Source of the DNA: Mustelus asterias
Taxonomy: Eukaryota
Length of the DNA: 64,000 bases
Direction of reading: 5' to 3'
NCBI RefSeq assembly: GCF_964213995.1
Contig: NW_027590170.1
Coordinates: forward strand, 186,001-250,000
Shown here: piece after piece, positions 26,096 through 36,501 of the stretch
How the letters are laid out: each line of letters starts with the position of its first letter
How positions within the stretch are numbered: the first letter of the stretch is position 1
Program-made: the position numbers and the translations under genes
The notes under the pieces: model-generated
What the model was told of the DNA's origin: nothing
The model's input: the letters and a program-made list of their open reading frames with translations, nothing else
The model's database searches: none

Positions 26096-26713
26096 CATGG
26101 AAGATGCTACACAAATCCGTAACTCCCGTGCTGACAGTATTGCAAGAGGTTGTTTTTGACCTGCTTGACCTGGTGATTTGACCATAGATTGGGATTCAAA
26201 TTGTAATGCCAGGTGATCTCCAAAGCAAAAATGCAACTATTCCTCTCCCTGAAATCCATCCCCATTTAACCCTTTTGCTTTATTTGCTTTACTCTATTTC
26301 AAAAAGTACAAGACATAGCTAGCAGTTTAACTTTCCTTCCATGCAGTTTCAATTAACTTCTGTATATTCCCTGGCCCTGTTAGTCCTCCCAAAATACATC
26401 AGCTTACACTTTTTAGAGTTAAATTTCAATTTTCCACTGCTCTGCCCATTTGACCAGTCCTTCAATATCGACCTGTAATGTAAGGCTTTCCTCCTCGCTA
26501 TTTACCACACCACCAATTTGTGTATCATCTACGAATTTACTGATTATATCCTCTGGATCTCTATCGTTCTAATTAATTATCTAATGATACATAAATCCAT
26601 CTAACAGCTTGTTTTTAATTTTAAGCGTTACTTTCCCTCTTTGTCACCATTCGCCAGACATGGATTCTGCAAAAATATCCATCGAAGGGTAAAGAGAAAT
26701 CACCTGGCATTAT

Positions 26714-26779
26714 TTGGCACAACATTCAGTTGTTTCCCGTAGCCAAAGATGAGTTTATAAGTACCGTCATAGTAATGAG
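26714..26779 (-). pseudogene. TRDJ: J-delta with open frame but dead donor (HYYDGTYKLIFGYGKQLNVVP)
   Basis: RSS caccgtg-11-gcagaaagc, FGYG motif. Donor reads ATAATG, and the next GT is out of phase. Confidence 0.85.
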
Positions 26780-27433
26780 CACCGTGAATAGTGGCCAGCA
26801 GAAAGCTACCAGTGCATCAGCTTATTCAGATTCCATCCAGTATACACAGCAACACTGGCATAATCACTGATGTCAGTGGGAAACTCGACAACTGCCATGG
26901 TGTGCGAATGGTAAATCTTAAAAATTATCTATCCCAAGAGATGAACAATGCATCTGATAACATTCTACAAAGCTAAGCACATCCAAGGCCAAATTTAAAG
27001 CCAAGTTGCCTCTCTGCACCGACTGGTGCATTTAGGCAGAATTCTTCTGCCTTCAGTGATAGCTATTTCTGGAACACGTCGCTCGACTTTTGTGAAGGGC
27101 TTAGAGCTTGAGAGAGCCATACTACATATCAAGCATTGCTGAGCAGGAGTCTCCCTCTCACTGCCAATCTTTGGCAGCGTTGCTTCTCACCTTCCTTGTT
27201 CAAGTCCAAGGGTAGGGACTCGGACCCGGTGTTTCTAGCTCAGAGGTAGGGATTCTAGCCCATTGCACCACAAGACCTCCCCAAGTTATGAATGGCCATT
27301 ATATTGCATCTCCTCCCTTTAAGCCTGTACTGATTTTTTTTAAAAACACGACTTGGTGATATGTTTGGAACTGTAAATATTGATTGTCATCCTACTGTAA
27401 ATAGATCATGGTGGAAGATAGTTGAGGACTTAC

Positions 27434-27481
27434 TGGGCTCCACAGTGAGTTTGGTCCCTTTGTCAAAGGCAAGCTTCTCAG
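27434..27481 (-). pseudogene. TRDJ: Probable pseudo J-delta (EKLAFDKGTKLTVEP)
   Basis: Donor GTAAGT is intact, but FDKG replaces FGKG. RSS ttcagta-12-acaaaatat lacks CAC. Confidence 0.8.
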
Positions 27482-28169
27482 TTCAGTAGTAACAGCTACT
27501 ACAAAATATGGACCCAGCCATATGAACACAGGGCTAGCTCACATTCAGTTTGTATCATGTCACTTCTTTTAATTAGCTTCTCTCCTGAAGCAAATATAAC
27601 CATTCCCTCCCTCTCCCTCACACTTAGCTCCCACTGTTTTTTTGACTATATCAGGGAACAATATTTGGATAATGAATTGACTGTGTTTCACAATTTCCAT
27701 CTTCACCGGTACTTCTCCCTGAACACCCAGGAGACACAAATCCTAGGAAAATAGTTTGACATCAACACATACGAACATGCAAAGTGGGAGCCGGAGTAAG
27801 GCACTGGGCCACTCCAGCCTAACCGCTATTCAGTAAGATCATGACTGATTGTAACCTCACCCCCAGATTCCTGCCTACCCCCGATAACCGTTTATCCCTT
27901 GTTAATCAAGAATCTATCGAGCTGTCTTTAAAATAATCAAAGACCCTGTTCCCCCTGATGTTTGAAGAAGAGAGATGACGAGACTCACTACTCTTTAAGA
28001 GAGAAAAAAGTCTCCTCATATCTGTCTTTAAAGGAGTGACCCTTTAATTTGAACTATAACACCTCGTTCAAAACATTAACCTGTTGTTGATAATCGTTGA
28101 CCAACACTTCACTTTGAGGCCTCATTTCAAGCATGCATTCGTGTCAGCAGTTTAACAAAGACTGGAGAC

Positions 28170-28710
28170 CATAGGACGATGGGGCAGAAGGATGCCATTT
28201 GGCCCATCGGTCATTCAATGAGATCATGAATTATCTGACGTGATAATTCTGAATACCTCTTTCCTGTTGTATCCTCGTAACCCTCGATTGCCTTGTGGGT
28301 TAAAAATCTGAACATTCAACCTGTATAGCTCTCTGCGGTAAATGATTCCACAGATTCACTGCTGGCTTGAAAGAAGAAAATCTTCATCATATAAATGGGC
28401 AACCTCATACTTTGGGATTATGACCTCTGGTCCTCGACTCACCCACAAGAGGTAATAACGTCTCAGCATCGAACCTTGTCATGTCCCCTGAGAATCCAAT
28501 AAGTCTCAATAAGGTCACATCTCATGCTTCTAAACTCCACTAAGTAGAGGCCCAACATACTCAAACTCTCCGAAAAAACATATCCATACCTGGGATCAAA
28601 GTAGTGGCCTTCCCTGAACTGCCTCCAATACCAGTATCGGTTTCCTAATGTTAGGGGACAGTGTTCCAGATGTGGTCTAAATCGTACCTTGTATAGTTTT
28701 AGCAAGATTA
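28170..28710 (-). mobile_element. Old CR1 3' fragment
   Basis: LYKVRFRPHLEHC and MRCDLIETYWILRG. Confidence 0.75.
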
Positions 28711-29056
28711 TTAGTTTTAACAAAGACAAGCTTGAAAATGAAATATATGTAGACAATTGTTCAAATCAGTGGGCATTTGACTCAACCTGCTAAATGGACA
28801 TTTTCTATCTTATTCGTAACCCAATTTCAGTTCGATGTCACATCACTGATGCCTAATGTTTCAACTGCTGTTGATGACACGGCTTAATAAACAGTGAGCT
28901 GAACTCGATACTCGGTGCCTAATAGCTTAATTGATTGGTGCAATGGCTTCTACTTCATTCCAAGCACTGCCTTGGCTCTTTACCGGCCTTTCACCCGACA
29001 CCATTCAGCAGAAATCTGTATCTAATGGGAGAAAATGAAGGTGGACTCGCACTTAC

Positions 29057-29119
29057 TTGGCACAACCTGCAGTCGGGTGCCGCTGCCGAATATCAGTTTT
29101 TCAGTATCAGCATTATACA
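29057..29119 (-). CDS. TRDJ: Functional J-delta (YNADTEKLIFGSGTRLQVVP)
   Basis: RSS cacagtg-12-gcagaaagc (29120-29147), FGSG motif, donor GTAAGT. Confidence 0.95.
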
Positions 29120-29629
29120 CACAGTGACTATTGCCCAAGCAGAAAGCTTCCACTGGGGCGGGCCACAGAGACTTCAGCTATTTCAAAACCCTGGGGAGTA
29201 CATGCTCACTTAGCATAATTTTATGATCTATCTGCCCTCAAAACAGGTGCGACCGATTAAATAGCAAATTAGAAAGAGACAATTCTGGATAAACTGTGTA
29301 CGTCTGGCAGCACGTGTAGAGAGAGAAACAAAGCTAATAATCCTGCTATCCCGGGAATCAGTCTGGCATTAGGAAATATTGTTTTCTTTTTAAAAAATAA
29401 GTTGGATCACTATTCTTTGAAGCATTGTGGTATCAATAGTTGACTGGTAACCCTTGGTAAGTGTGAGATACTTAGTTGTGTGAGGAACTTCTTTATGTGC
29501 AAGTGGAAAAGGACACATTCCTTCATCACTGTATAATTCATCAGGTTCGTTTGTCACAATGGCAAATTTTTTCCCCACTTTTGCAATGAGGCCAAAAACT
29601 TCTGAGTGCAAAATGAATCTTCTCAAATT

Positions 29630-29965
29630 CATAGATCATAGAATCCCTAGTGTAGAAGGAGGCCATTCGGCCCATCGAGTCTGCACCGACAACAATCCCA
29701 CCCCAGGACCTATTCCCACAAATTTACCCCACTAATCCCTCTAACCTACACATTCCCTGACACTAATGGGCAATTCAGCATGACCAATAAACATAGCCCG
29801 CACATCTTTGGACTGAGAGAGGAACCAGAGAATCTGGCGGAAACCCACGCAGACACGGGGAGAACGTGCAACCTCCACACAGACAGTAACCCAAGCCTGG
29901 ATTCGAACCTGGATTGCTGGAGCTGTGACGCAGCAGTGCTAACCACTGTGCCACCGTGCCACCCG
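29630..29965 (-). mobile_element. HE1-like SINE
   Basis: Reverse complement reads gggtggcacggtggcacagtggttagcactgctgcgtcacagc ... ggttcgaatcc. Confidence 0.8.
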
Positions 29966-29992
29966 TAATTGATGCCAATAGATTCTACTCAC

Positions 29993-30056
29993 TTGGCTCC
30001 ACGCTCAATTTGGTTCCACCACCGCATATTAATGGTCTGTAAGAAGCACGAGCGTA
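29993..30056 (-). CDS. TRDJ: J-delta with Cys replacing the conserved Phe (YARASYRPLICGGGTKLSVEP)
   Basis: RSS cactgcg-12-gtcagaacc (30057-30084), open frame, donor GTGAGT, CGGG in place of FGXG. Confidence 0.88.
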
Positions 30057-31393
30057 CACTGCGATTACTCTCCATGTCAGAACCCAAAGACAGGGAGCAT
30101 GCATGCCAAAATTCAAAAAGGGCTTTAGTCATTGCTCAGGGCAGTTAAGTAGGTCTCGCTACAGAATACTATTTCCTGCAGTTTGTTTGGATCAAAAGTT
30201 AATCAGAAACTTTTACAATCTTCCAAGTCATCCATCTCTTAATTTCCCAGGAAAATAAGTCAGAGCGTGACTGGCTGGGAGTTCTCAATGTACACATCCA
30301 AGCGAGGTAACACGTGTAGAGAATTCCATGGCTCACTTTCGAACGAAATTTTCAAATCCATACAAAAATGCTGCTTTTGGGATTTCGTTCAGAATTGGAA
30401 CTAAAGTAAATCTACACCACTAAGCCCCAACCCACCCCCTCCTCCCAATCCAACTCACCCCATCTTTATAAGTGTAACTTAGAACTGCGATTTTGATGCC
30501 AGAAGGCTGCATAGATGATTGTAGTCCTGATTCTGGGTTCCATTGAAATAAGTAACAGAAACATGACTTTGCATTTCGGGCAGGTTCCCTACCACTAGAA
30601 TTCATACACAATAATGGATTCATTTACACACTGAAGTGATATTTGAAATATTCTTTGTTCATAGTCTGAGGGCAAAGATTCATAAAGTCAAAGAAGTCCA
30701 CTGTACAGAAAAGACCCTTCGGCCTATCATGTCTCCGCCAGTCAAAGACAAACCAAATAACTGTTCTAATCCCATTTTCCAGTTCTTGGCCCATTGCCGT
30801 GTATGATATGACATCACAAATGTATATCTAAATACTTCTTAAACGTTGTTAATGTCTCGGCCTCCATCACCATTTCAGGCAGTGAGTCCCAGACGCCCAT
30901 CACCCTTTGGGTCAAAATGTTTTCTTCACATCCCCGCCAAATCTCCTGCCCCTACCTTAAATCTATGCCCCTGGCTGCTCTCTGCTGTCTCAAGTAACGG
31001 GAAAAGTATCTTCCTGTCTTCTCTATCTATGCCCCTCATTACGCTGAAGGACTTTTTCCAGTGCTGTCTCCTTCTATGACCCTATGACTCTATCGGGATG
31101 AGTCTCTTCCAGCTATTTATCGAGGTGTCACTTAATTGCACTACATACAGCCAGATCATTGACATATCTCCCTGTTGGCAGCACACTTGTGTTGTCATGA
31201 TAGAGGCCAGTTAAATGTTTAAAGGAAATACTTCGGAAAATCTCAGTGCCCAGTCAAGCTACGCTTCCAATTCCCAAAGATCCCTGCTCATCCATAAAAC
31301 AACAGTGATCATTAAAATAATTGTATGTCTCAATTAAGTCACAGGGGACAAAATAACATGTTGAGAGATCATTATCCAGGATTAGTTACTTAC

Positions 31394-31453
31394 TGGGTTC
31401 CACAATCAGCCTGGTCCCGTTGCCAAAGATGAGCTTAGCCTTTTCATATGTTG
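31394..31453 (-). CDS. TRDJ: Functional, most D-proximal J-delta (TYEKAKLIFGNGTRLIVEP)
   Basis: RSS cacaggg-12-acaagccca (31454-31481). KLIFGxGTRxxVEP resembles human J-delta1. Donor GTAAGT. Confidence 0.93.
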
Positions 31454-31662
31454 CACAGGGTTTGATCCAATAACAAGCCCATTGCGGTCCCGTTCACCAC
31501 CCTTTCTCTCTGTCGTGTGTCTGACTGATTTGATTAGGGTTGGGTCAGACCAGTAATATGATAAACTCGGTGAACATCACGGTGGGGATGGGGGTCAGCG
31601 GCGGGGAGTGGGCTGCGACGGGTGCTGTTGAGAGAGGTTGGTGCACTCCTGTGAGGCTGGGA

Positions 31663-31701
31663 GGTTATTGTACGGGCGTTAAGGGAGATTCAGCTACTGT
31701 G
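31663..31701 (-). promoter_or_regulatory. 3' 23-RSS of the D segment
   Basis: cacagta (31701-31695), 23-bp spacer, acaataacc (31671-31663). Confidence 0.93.
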
Positions 31702-31728
31702 GCTCCACCGTACCCCCCACTGCTGTAT
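31702..31728 (-). CDS. 27-nt D segment ATACAGCAGTGGGGGGTACGGTGGAGC
   Basis: Flanked by a 5' 12-RSS and a 3' 23-RSS. Open in all three frames (IQQWGVRWS, YSSGGYGG, TAVGGTVE). Confidence 0.93.
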
Positions 31729-31756
31729 CACAGTGACAGACACTCGCACAAAAACT
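31729..31756 (+). promoter_or_regulatory. 5' 12-RSS of the D segment
   Basis: cacagtg-acagacactcgc-acaaaaact, close to consensus. Confidence 0.97.
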
Positions 31757-32127
31757 GCACTCACTCTCTGTTCAGTACTGCCGCTCAATATGTACTTCAA
31801 ATAGACCATTATTTCGATGTAATTTACAATTTATGCAGCAGTTTACAAAACACAATCTAGAAACACCTCCTCCAAGTCTCAGAAATAATAAAGCGAGAGT
31901 TATATCCAGGTGTGTAATTGCAGAAACTGTTAACACTAAATATAAACAGAGTGAAAAGCTCAGCCCGTTATGTCTGTGTGTTTTCTTGGTTTAATGTTTA
32001 ATTTTCACTAAGTTAGGTTTGTCAGAAGCAGTTTGTGTTTTGGTTCTGGTCACTGTCGTTAATACTACATTTAAAACAAGCACTGACCTTCAGGTTATGA
32101 TGGAAGTTGTTGAATTCCCTCTCGAGC

Positions 32128-32166
32128 TGTTCTTGTCCGGGTCCAACCCTGGTTCCTCTCGCTGTG
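32128..32166 (-). promoter_or_regulatory. 23-RSS of VH
   Basis: cacagcg (32166-32160), 23-bp spacer, acaagaaca (32136-32128). Confidence 0.93.
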
Positions 32167-32471
32167 GTCTCTTGCACAGTAATAGATGGCGGTGTCTTCG
32201 GTCTTCAGCCTCGTCATTTCCAAAGAGAAGATGTTGCGTGAAGTGTCTTTGGACGCAGTAAATCGATCCTTAATTGCTGGGGCGTAGCTGTTGCTAGATG
32301 AAGAGTAGTAGTAAAGCAACCACTCCAGCCCCTGTCCGGGAACCTGTCGGATCCAGTACATGTAGTAGCTGCCAAGATCGAAGCCGCTGGTTTTACAGGT
32401 CAGTGTCAGGGAGCCTCCGGGACGCCCGGTCTCTGCCTCTGGCTGAGTCAACACAACCTCCGACTGGACAC
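32167..32471 (-). CDS. IGHV: Intact IgM-type Ig heavy-chain variable exon (VH)
   Basis: Acceptor tttttacag|. Encodes [102 protein letters not shown]. Both Cys, the Trp, GLEW and YYCAR are present, and the frameworks are typical of elasmobranch IgM VH. Confidence 0.96.
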
Positions 32472-32595
32472 CTGTAAAAATAGATCAAAGGATTAATTTT
32501 GGTGACATGATTGCTGACTCTGGAACATTCCAGAGACAGACTAACATTTTGATACAGTGACAATGAGGAATTGGACAATAAAAAATACTACTTAC

Positions 32596-32641
32596 CGGAT
32601 AAGAAACTCAACAACAAACTGAGAGAAATCGCCGACCTCAT
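32596..32641 (-). CDS. IGHV: VH leader exon (MRSAISLSLLLSFLS-G)
   Basis: ATG at 32641, hydrophobic 15-mer, phase-1 donor GTAAGT, 124-bp intron, in frame with the V exon. Confidence 0.93.
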
Positions 32642-32730
32642 CTTTCTGGTGATTTGGGGGAAATGGTTGTGTCAGGAACTCAGTGAACAAACCAGCTCCC
32701 GGACTGTTGGATTCCGGTCCCAGTGAGCGG

Positions 32731-32740
32731 CATTTAAATA
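32731..32740 (-). promoter_or_regulatory. TATA-like element of the VH promoter
   Basis: TATTTAAATG about 90 bp upstream of the ATG in a GC-rich patch. No octamer seen nearby. Confidence 0.55.
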
Positions 32741-35700
32741 CCCGGCAGAAGGGGGCGGCTTTCCAGGCGCCGCCTGTTGATTCCCTGCTGGAGGCGGCGA
32801 CTGGATCCAGGTCCCACCTTCCACACCCCAACAGAATGGACTCCCAGATTTACAATAGATTAATATTAAAATGGACATTTTATCAGCGTCGGGATATTTG
32901 TTTGGCTGAATATGTTCAATGTATTGTCTCCATAATTGCTGATGGTGATATTGCAGTTCATCATTTCTTTATTTAAAAATCTAATTCCATTGTAAATATG
33001 GTGTTTTTATTACCACGCCCCCAAGAAGAACACAAATCTAAAAATGATTAAATAACATTTTGGGAAAATAAGGAGACCGTCAGTCTGTGTTGCAACAATT
33101 CCGGGTCTCTGTCACATTACAATAATAAAGCATCATTTATCAGAAGAATTGTTGTCGATTTCTGTAACTGAATGCGGAGTATGAACAAAGTGATTCTATT
33201 TACAGTGCGGATGGCTATCACTGGACATTTTGGGTTTGGAGATGAGAAGAAACTCTCACACAATACAATGTTTCTCCTTATATTTGTCAAACTGCCCCAA
33301 TCTCGAAGACAGCCCTTTGAAAATACTGAGAATCCCGCCCTCCTGATAATTAAATAGTGAGTTGACAGAGAATCATAAATTTAACATCGACTTTTGACAG
33401 AGAAGTTAATGAATGAACGGACACGGAGATCATTAAAGTTCTCCTTCAGCATCCAAATCATTGCAGCTCACTCTATTGGCCACCGGCTGTCGAACATTCT
33501 CTGGTATTGGGAACACAAGATATCAGGTCTTTGCTGCACATTGCACAATATCACAAGAATAAATGTTTTATCTTCCATTGAATCAGGTTATGACCTGATC
33601 ATTTCTCCGCTCATTGGCAGCTATGATTGGAACTCTTCAATAATGGATATCTGATTATACTGTACAATAGAACACGGTGTAAATCAGGTACAAGAGACGC
33701 TGCTGTTTAAATAGGGTGCAAAACTTTCAGAATATTCCAGGAATCCGTGTTGTTCATGTCAGTTTGATGATGTTCTTTTAATATTATTTCGATGCATTTT
33801 TGCCATTGCTCTGATCTCAATTGACTGGGGAATTGGAACCATCAACATCTCTCTCGCATTTCATGAAGTGGTTAATAAACAGACTTTAATTATTGGAATG
33901 ACATTTACTTGGAAGTTATACAAATGAAAAAACATCTGGTCACTTTACTGTTTTGCGATGCTATTTACTCACATAATGAACAGGACATTGAATGAAAATA
34001 TTTGATTAGAATGATTACTATTTAAAATGTGTCTTTCTTGTGGGAATGAAACATTTACTGTTCAAATGGCTGAATCCCATTTTGTCCATTCAGGTTCACG
34101 CTAATCTGTCCCACACAGTATTTGGCAGCAATCCAGCCTGCTGTCAAATGCTCAAAGTTATTGACAGGAAGCATCTGGGGGTGTTTGTGCAGTAGATCTG
34201 CTTCCTCAGTACTGACCGCTTGGCTGCAAGCCAACTTCAAACCCTTCACATTGTCAATGAGCCCTATTTATAAAGAAATCTACCCAGCAACAGTACTGGA
34301 GGCAATTTAATGTTTTAAGTTGTAAGTCTATATGGATTTTACCCATCTCTCAAGAAAGACAATTTATGCAGCTTCTCTGACACCCTGTTAGCAACAATGA
34401 TGATTTTTCCAGCACATCAGGATATTGTCATGGATGGATCGAAAGAATTACAGGCAGACTGAGAGATGACTCAGGGAGACGATACATGTTGTAATACATG
34501 AACATGTATGTTTGTGTATTCTTTCCCTATCTCGTTCCATGAGATGTTTGAGTTGGTGGAACGACGAGCACATTATGCCTGTCCCAAATGCCCTTGAACT
34601 GAATGGTTTTCTATGCCACTTCTGAAGAGTCAGCCATTTTGTGTCCGTCTGGAGTCACATTCTTGTGAGTCCAGGTAGCGATGGCAGATTTCCCTCATTG
34701 GGGGATCAGAGAGGGTTCTATGGTCGCCATTAGAATGTATTCCATATTTATTAATTGAATTCAAATTCCACCAGCTGCAATGCTCCGATTTAAATCCCTG
34801 TCCCTGTCCCATCATTGTCCTGGGCCTCTGGGTCACTGGGCCAATTAAATTAATATTACGTCACCATCTGCGCAAACAATAAATGAATGACTGTCTTGAT
34901 GCAGGAATTAATGACAGTTGAATGAATGATAGTTGGATGAATCACAGTTGGATGCCTGAATATTTTGATTGAGGAATCAGTGAATGGATTGATGGATGTG
35001 TTGCGAGATGGCATTGAAAAATGCTGTTCTACATTCCCATATTTGTGCTTGATTATTTCATAAATTGAATCAGCTCCTTTATTCCATTTGTGTCAGTCTA
35101 ATACCTTCAACTCTTCCAGAGTCTCTGGGTGAAATCCATCCCGAGTTTATCGGGAGTTAGCAAGCTAATCCTCACGAAGAGAAGGACGAGATATTCCTGC
35201 CGCTCGGATGGTTCATTTCTCTGCTGATGCTGAATCTTCATATCCAAGATAAAAAGAGTGAACATGATTAGGTTGAGGAGGGAGGATTGTAATATTTGAA
35301 ACATGTGGTTCTTTGACGTACAGCAAATCACTCAACATGCCCTCACCTAAATTAGTGAAGGTAACAGGGTGAAAAGTAAATAAGGTACCAACAGAAATAT
35401 TGTGAGACTCACTGGACAATAACAATTGTTACATTACTTCCCAAAACAGTGTAATACTGAATCGGGATTTAAAGATTCAGTAACTTCACATGAGGTACAG
35501 GTAGTTTCATTTATATCATCACTTTGAAAATCATCACACACTCTAGCTATGTATCAGGACATTCTGTGTGATGATGAGGTGATTACTTGTCAATGAAGAA
35601 CAGAGGCTGCTGGGTCGCTGTTCATTATGCACGGTCTGAATTAATTTCATTCCCCACTGAATTCTGGGACAGATTATATTCCTTGGTGACAAAAAGGCCA

Positions 35701-35775
35701 ACATGATGCCAATAAATGTTAATATCAATACATCCTACGAAGCAAATTACAATTGTATGTTGTATAGAATGAAAT

Positions 35776-36308
35776 ACTGAAAACAAACAGAAAATGCTGG
35801 AAAATCGCAGCAGGTCTGACAGCTTCTGTGGAGACAGAATGGAGCCAACGTTTCGTGTCTGGATGGCGCTTCGACAGAGTATTCCTGATGCGTTGGAGAG
35901 ATCATCATTGTTTCTAACAAGGTGTCAGAGAAGCTGCATCACTTTCCTGTGAGATGGGAATAGTTTAAGTAGTTACTGTTTAATGATATACACTATGTCG
36001 ACCCGCACACAAGTTACACCAATTCAGATATCGATCCCAAATATCATATTCAACTTCTCCATCCTAACTAACCTAATCAACGCCTCAATCACTAACTATA
36101 TTCTAAAAAAAACTTCCTAATCCCTATCCAACCGTATCATTTCCCAATTTCATCATCCACTTCAATTTCCTCCAAATAAAAATTGGTCATCCTGACTCAA
36201 AATGTTGGCTCTATTCTCTCTCCCCAGATGCTGTCAGACCTGTTGAGATTTTCCAGAATTTATTGTTTTTGTTTCAGTTTCCAGAATCCGTAGTAGTTTG
36301 CTTTTATC
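35776..36308. mobile_element. Inverted-repeat (foldback, Penelope-pLTR-like) element with a ~310-bp internal spacer
   Basis: Arm aaaatgctggaaaatcgcagcaggtctgacagc...gccaacgtttcg at 35776-35875 and its reverse complement at ~36185-36285. A paralogous copy is at 52745-53170. Confidence 0.65.
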
Positions 36309-36501
36309 AAAATGCTGAATATAATTGGTGAAATAATTGTTTATCTGTATGACTTGATGATAATTGATGAAATGGAATAACCCCGCCTGGAAATACCGCA
36401 CCCCCCCCCTCCCCAAGACACTCATCAACCCCACTTGAACATATATTACCATTCCTATACTGTCGCTGGGTCGGAATCCATGAGCACCCTCCCGAACAGC
36501 A

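Noticed and set aside
26190-26236. FCFGDHLALQFES as a further J
   Set aside because: No second Gly, no RSS and no splice donor.
32095-32454. Treating the VH as part of an ordinary IgM cluster
   Set aside because: No 12/12 D2, no WGXG JH with a 23-RSS and no C-mu exons follow. All downstream J segments are TCR type with 12-RSS.
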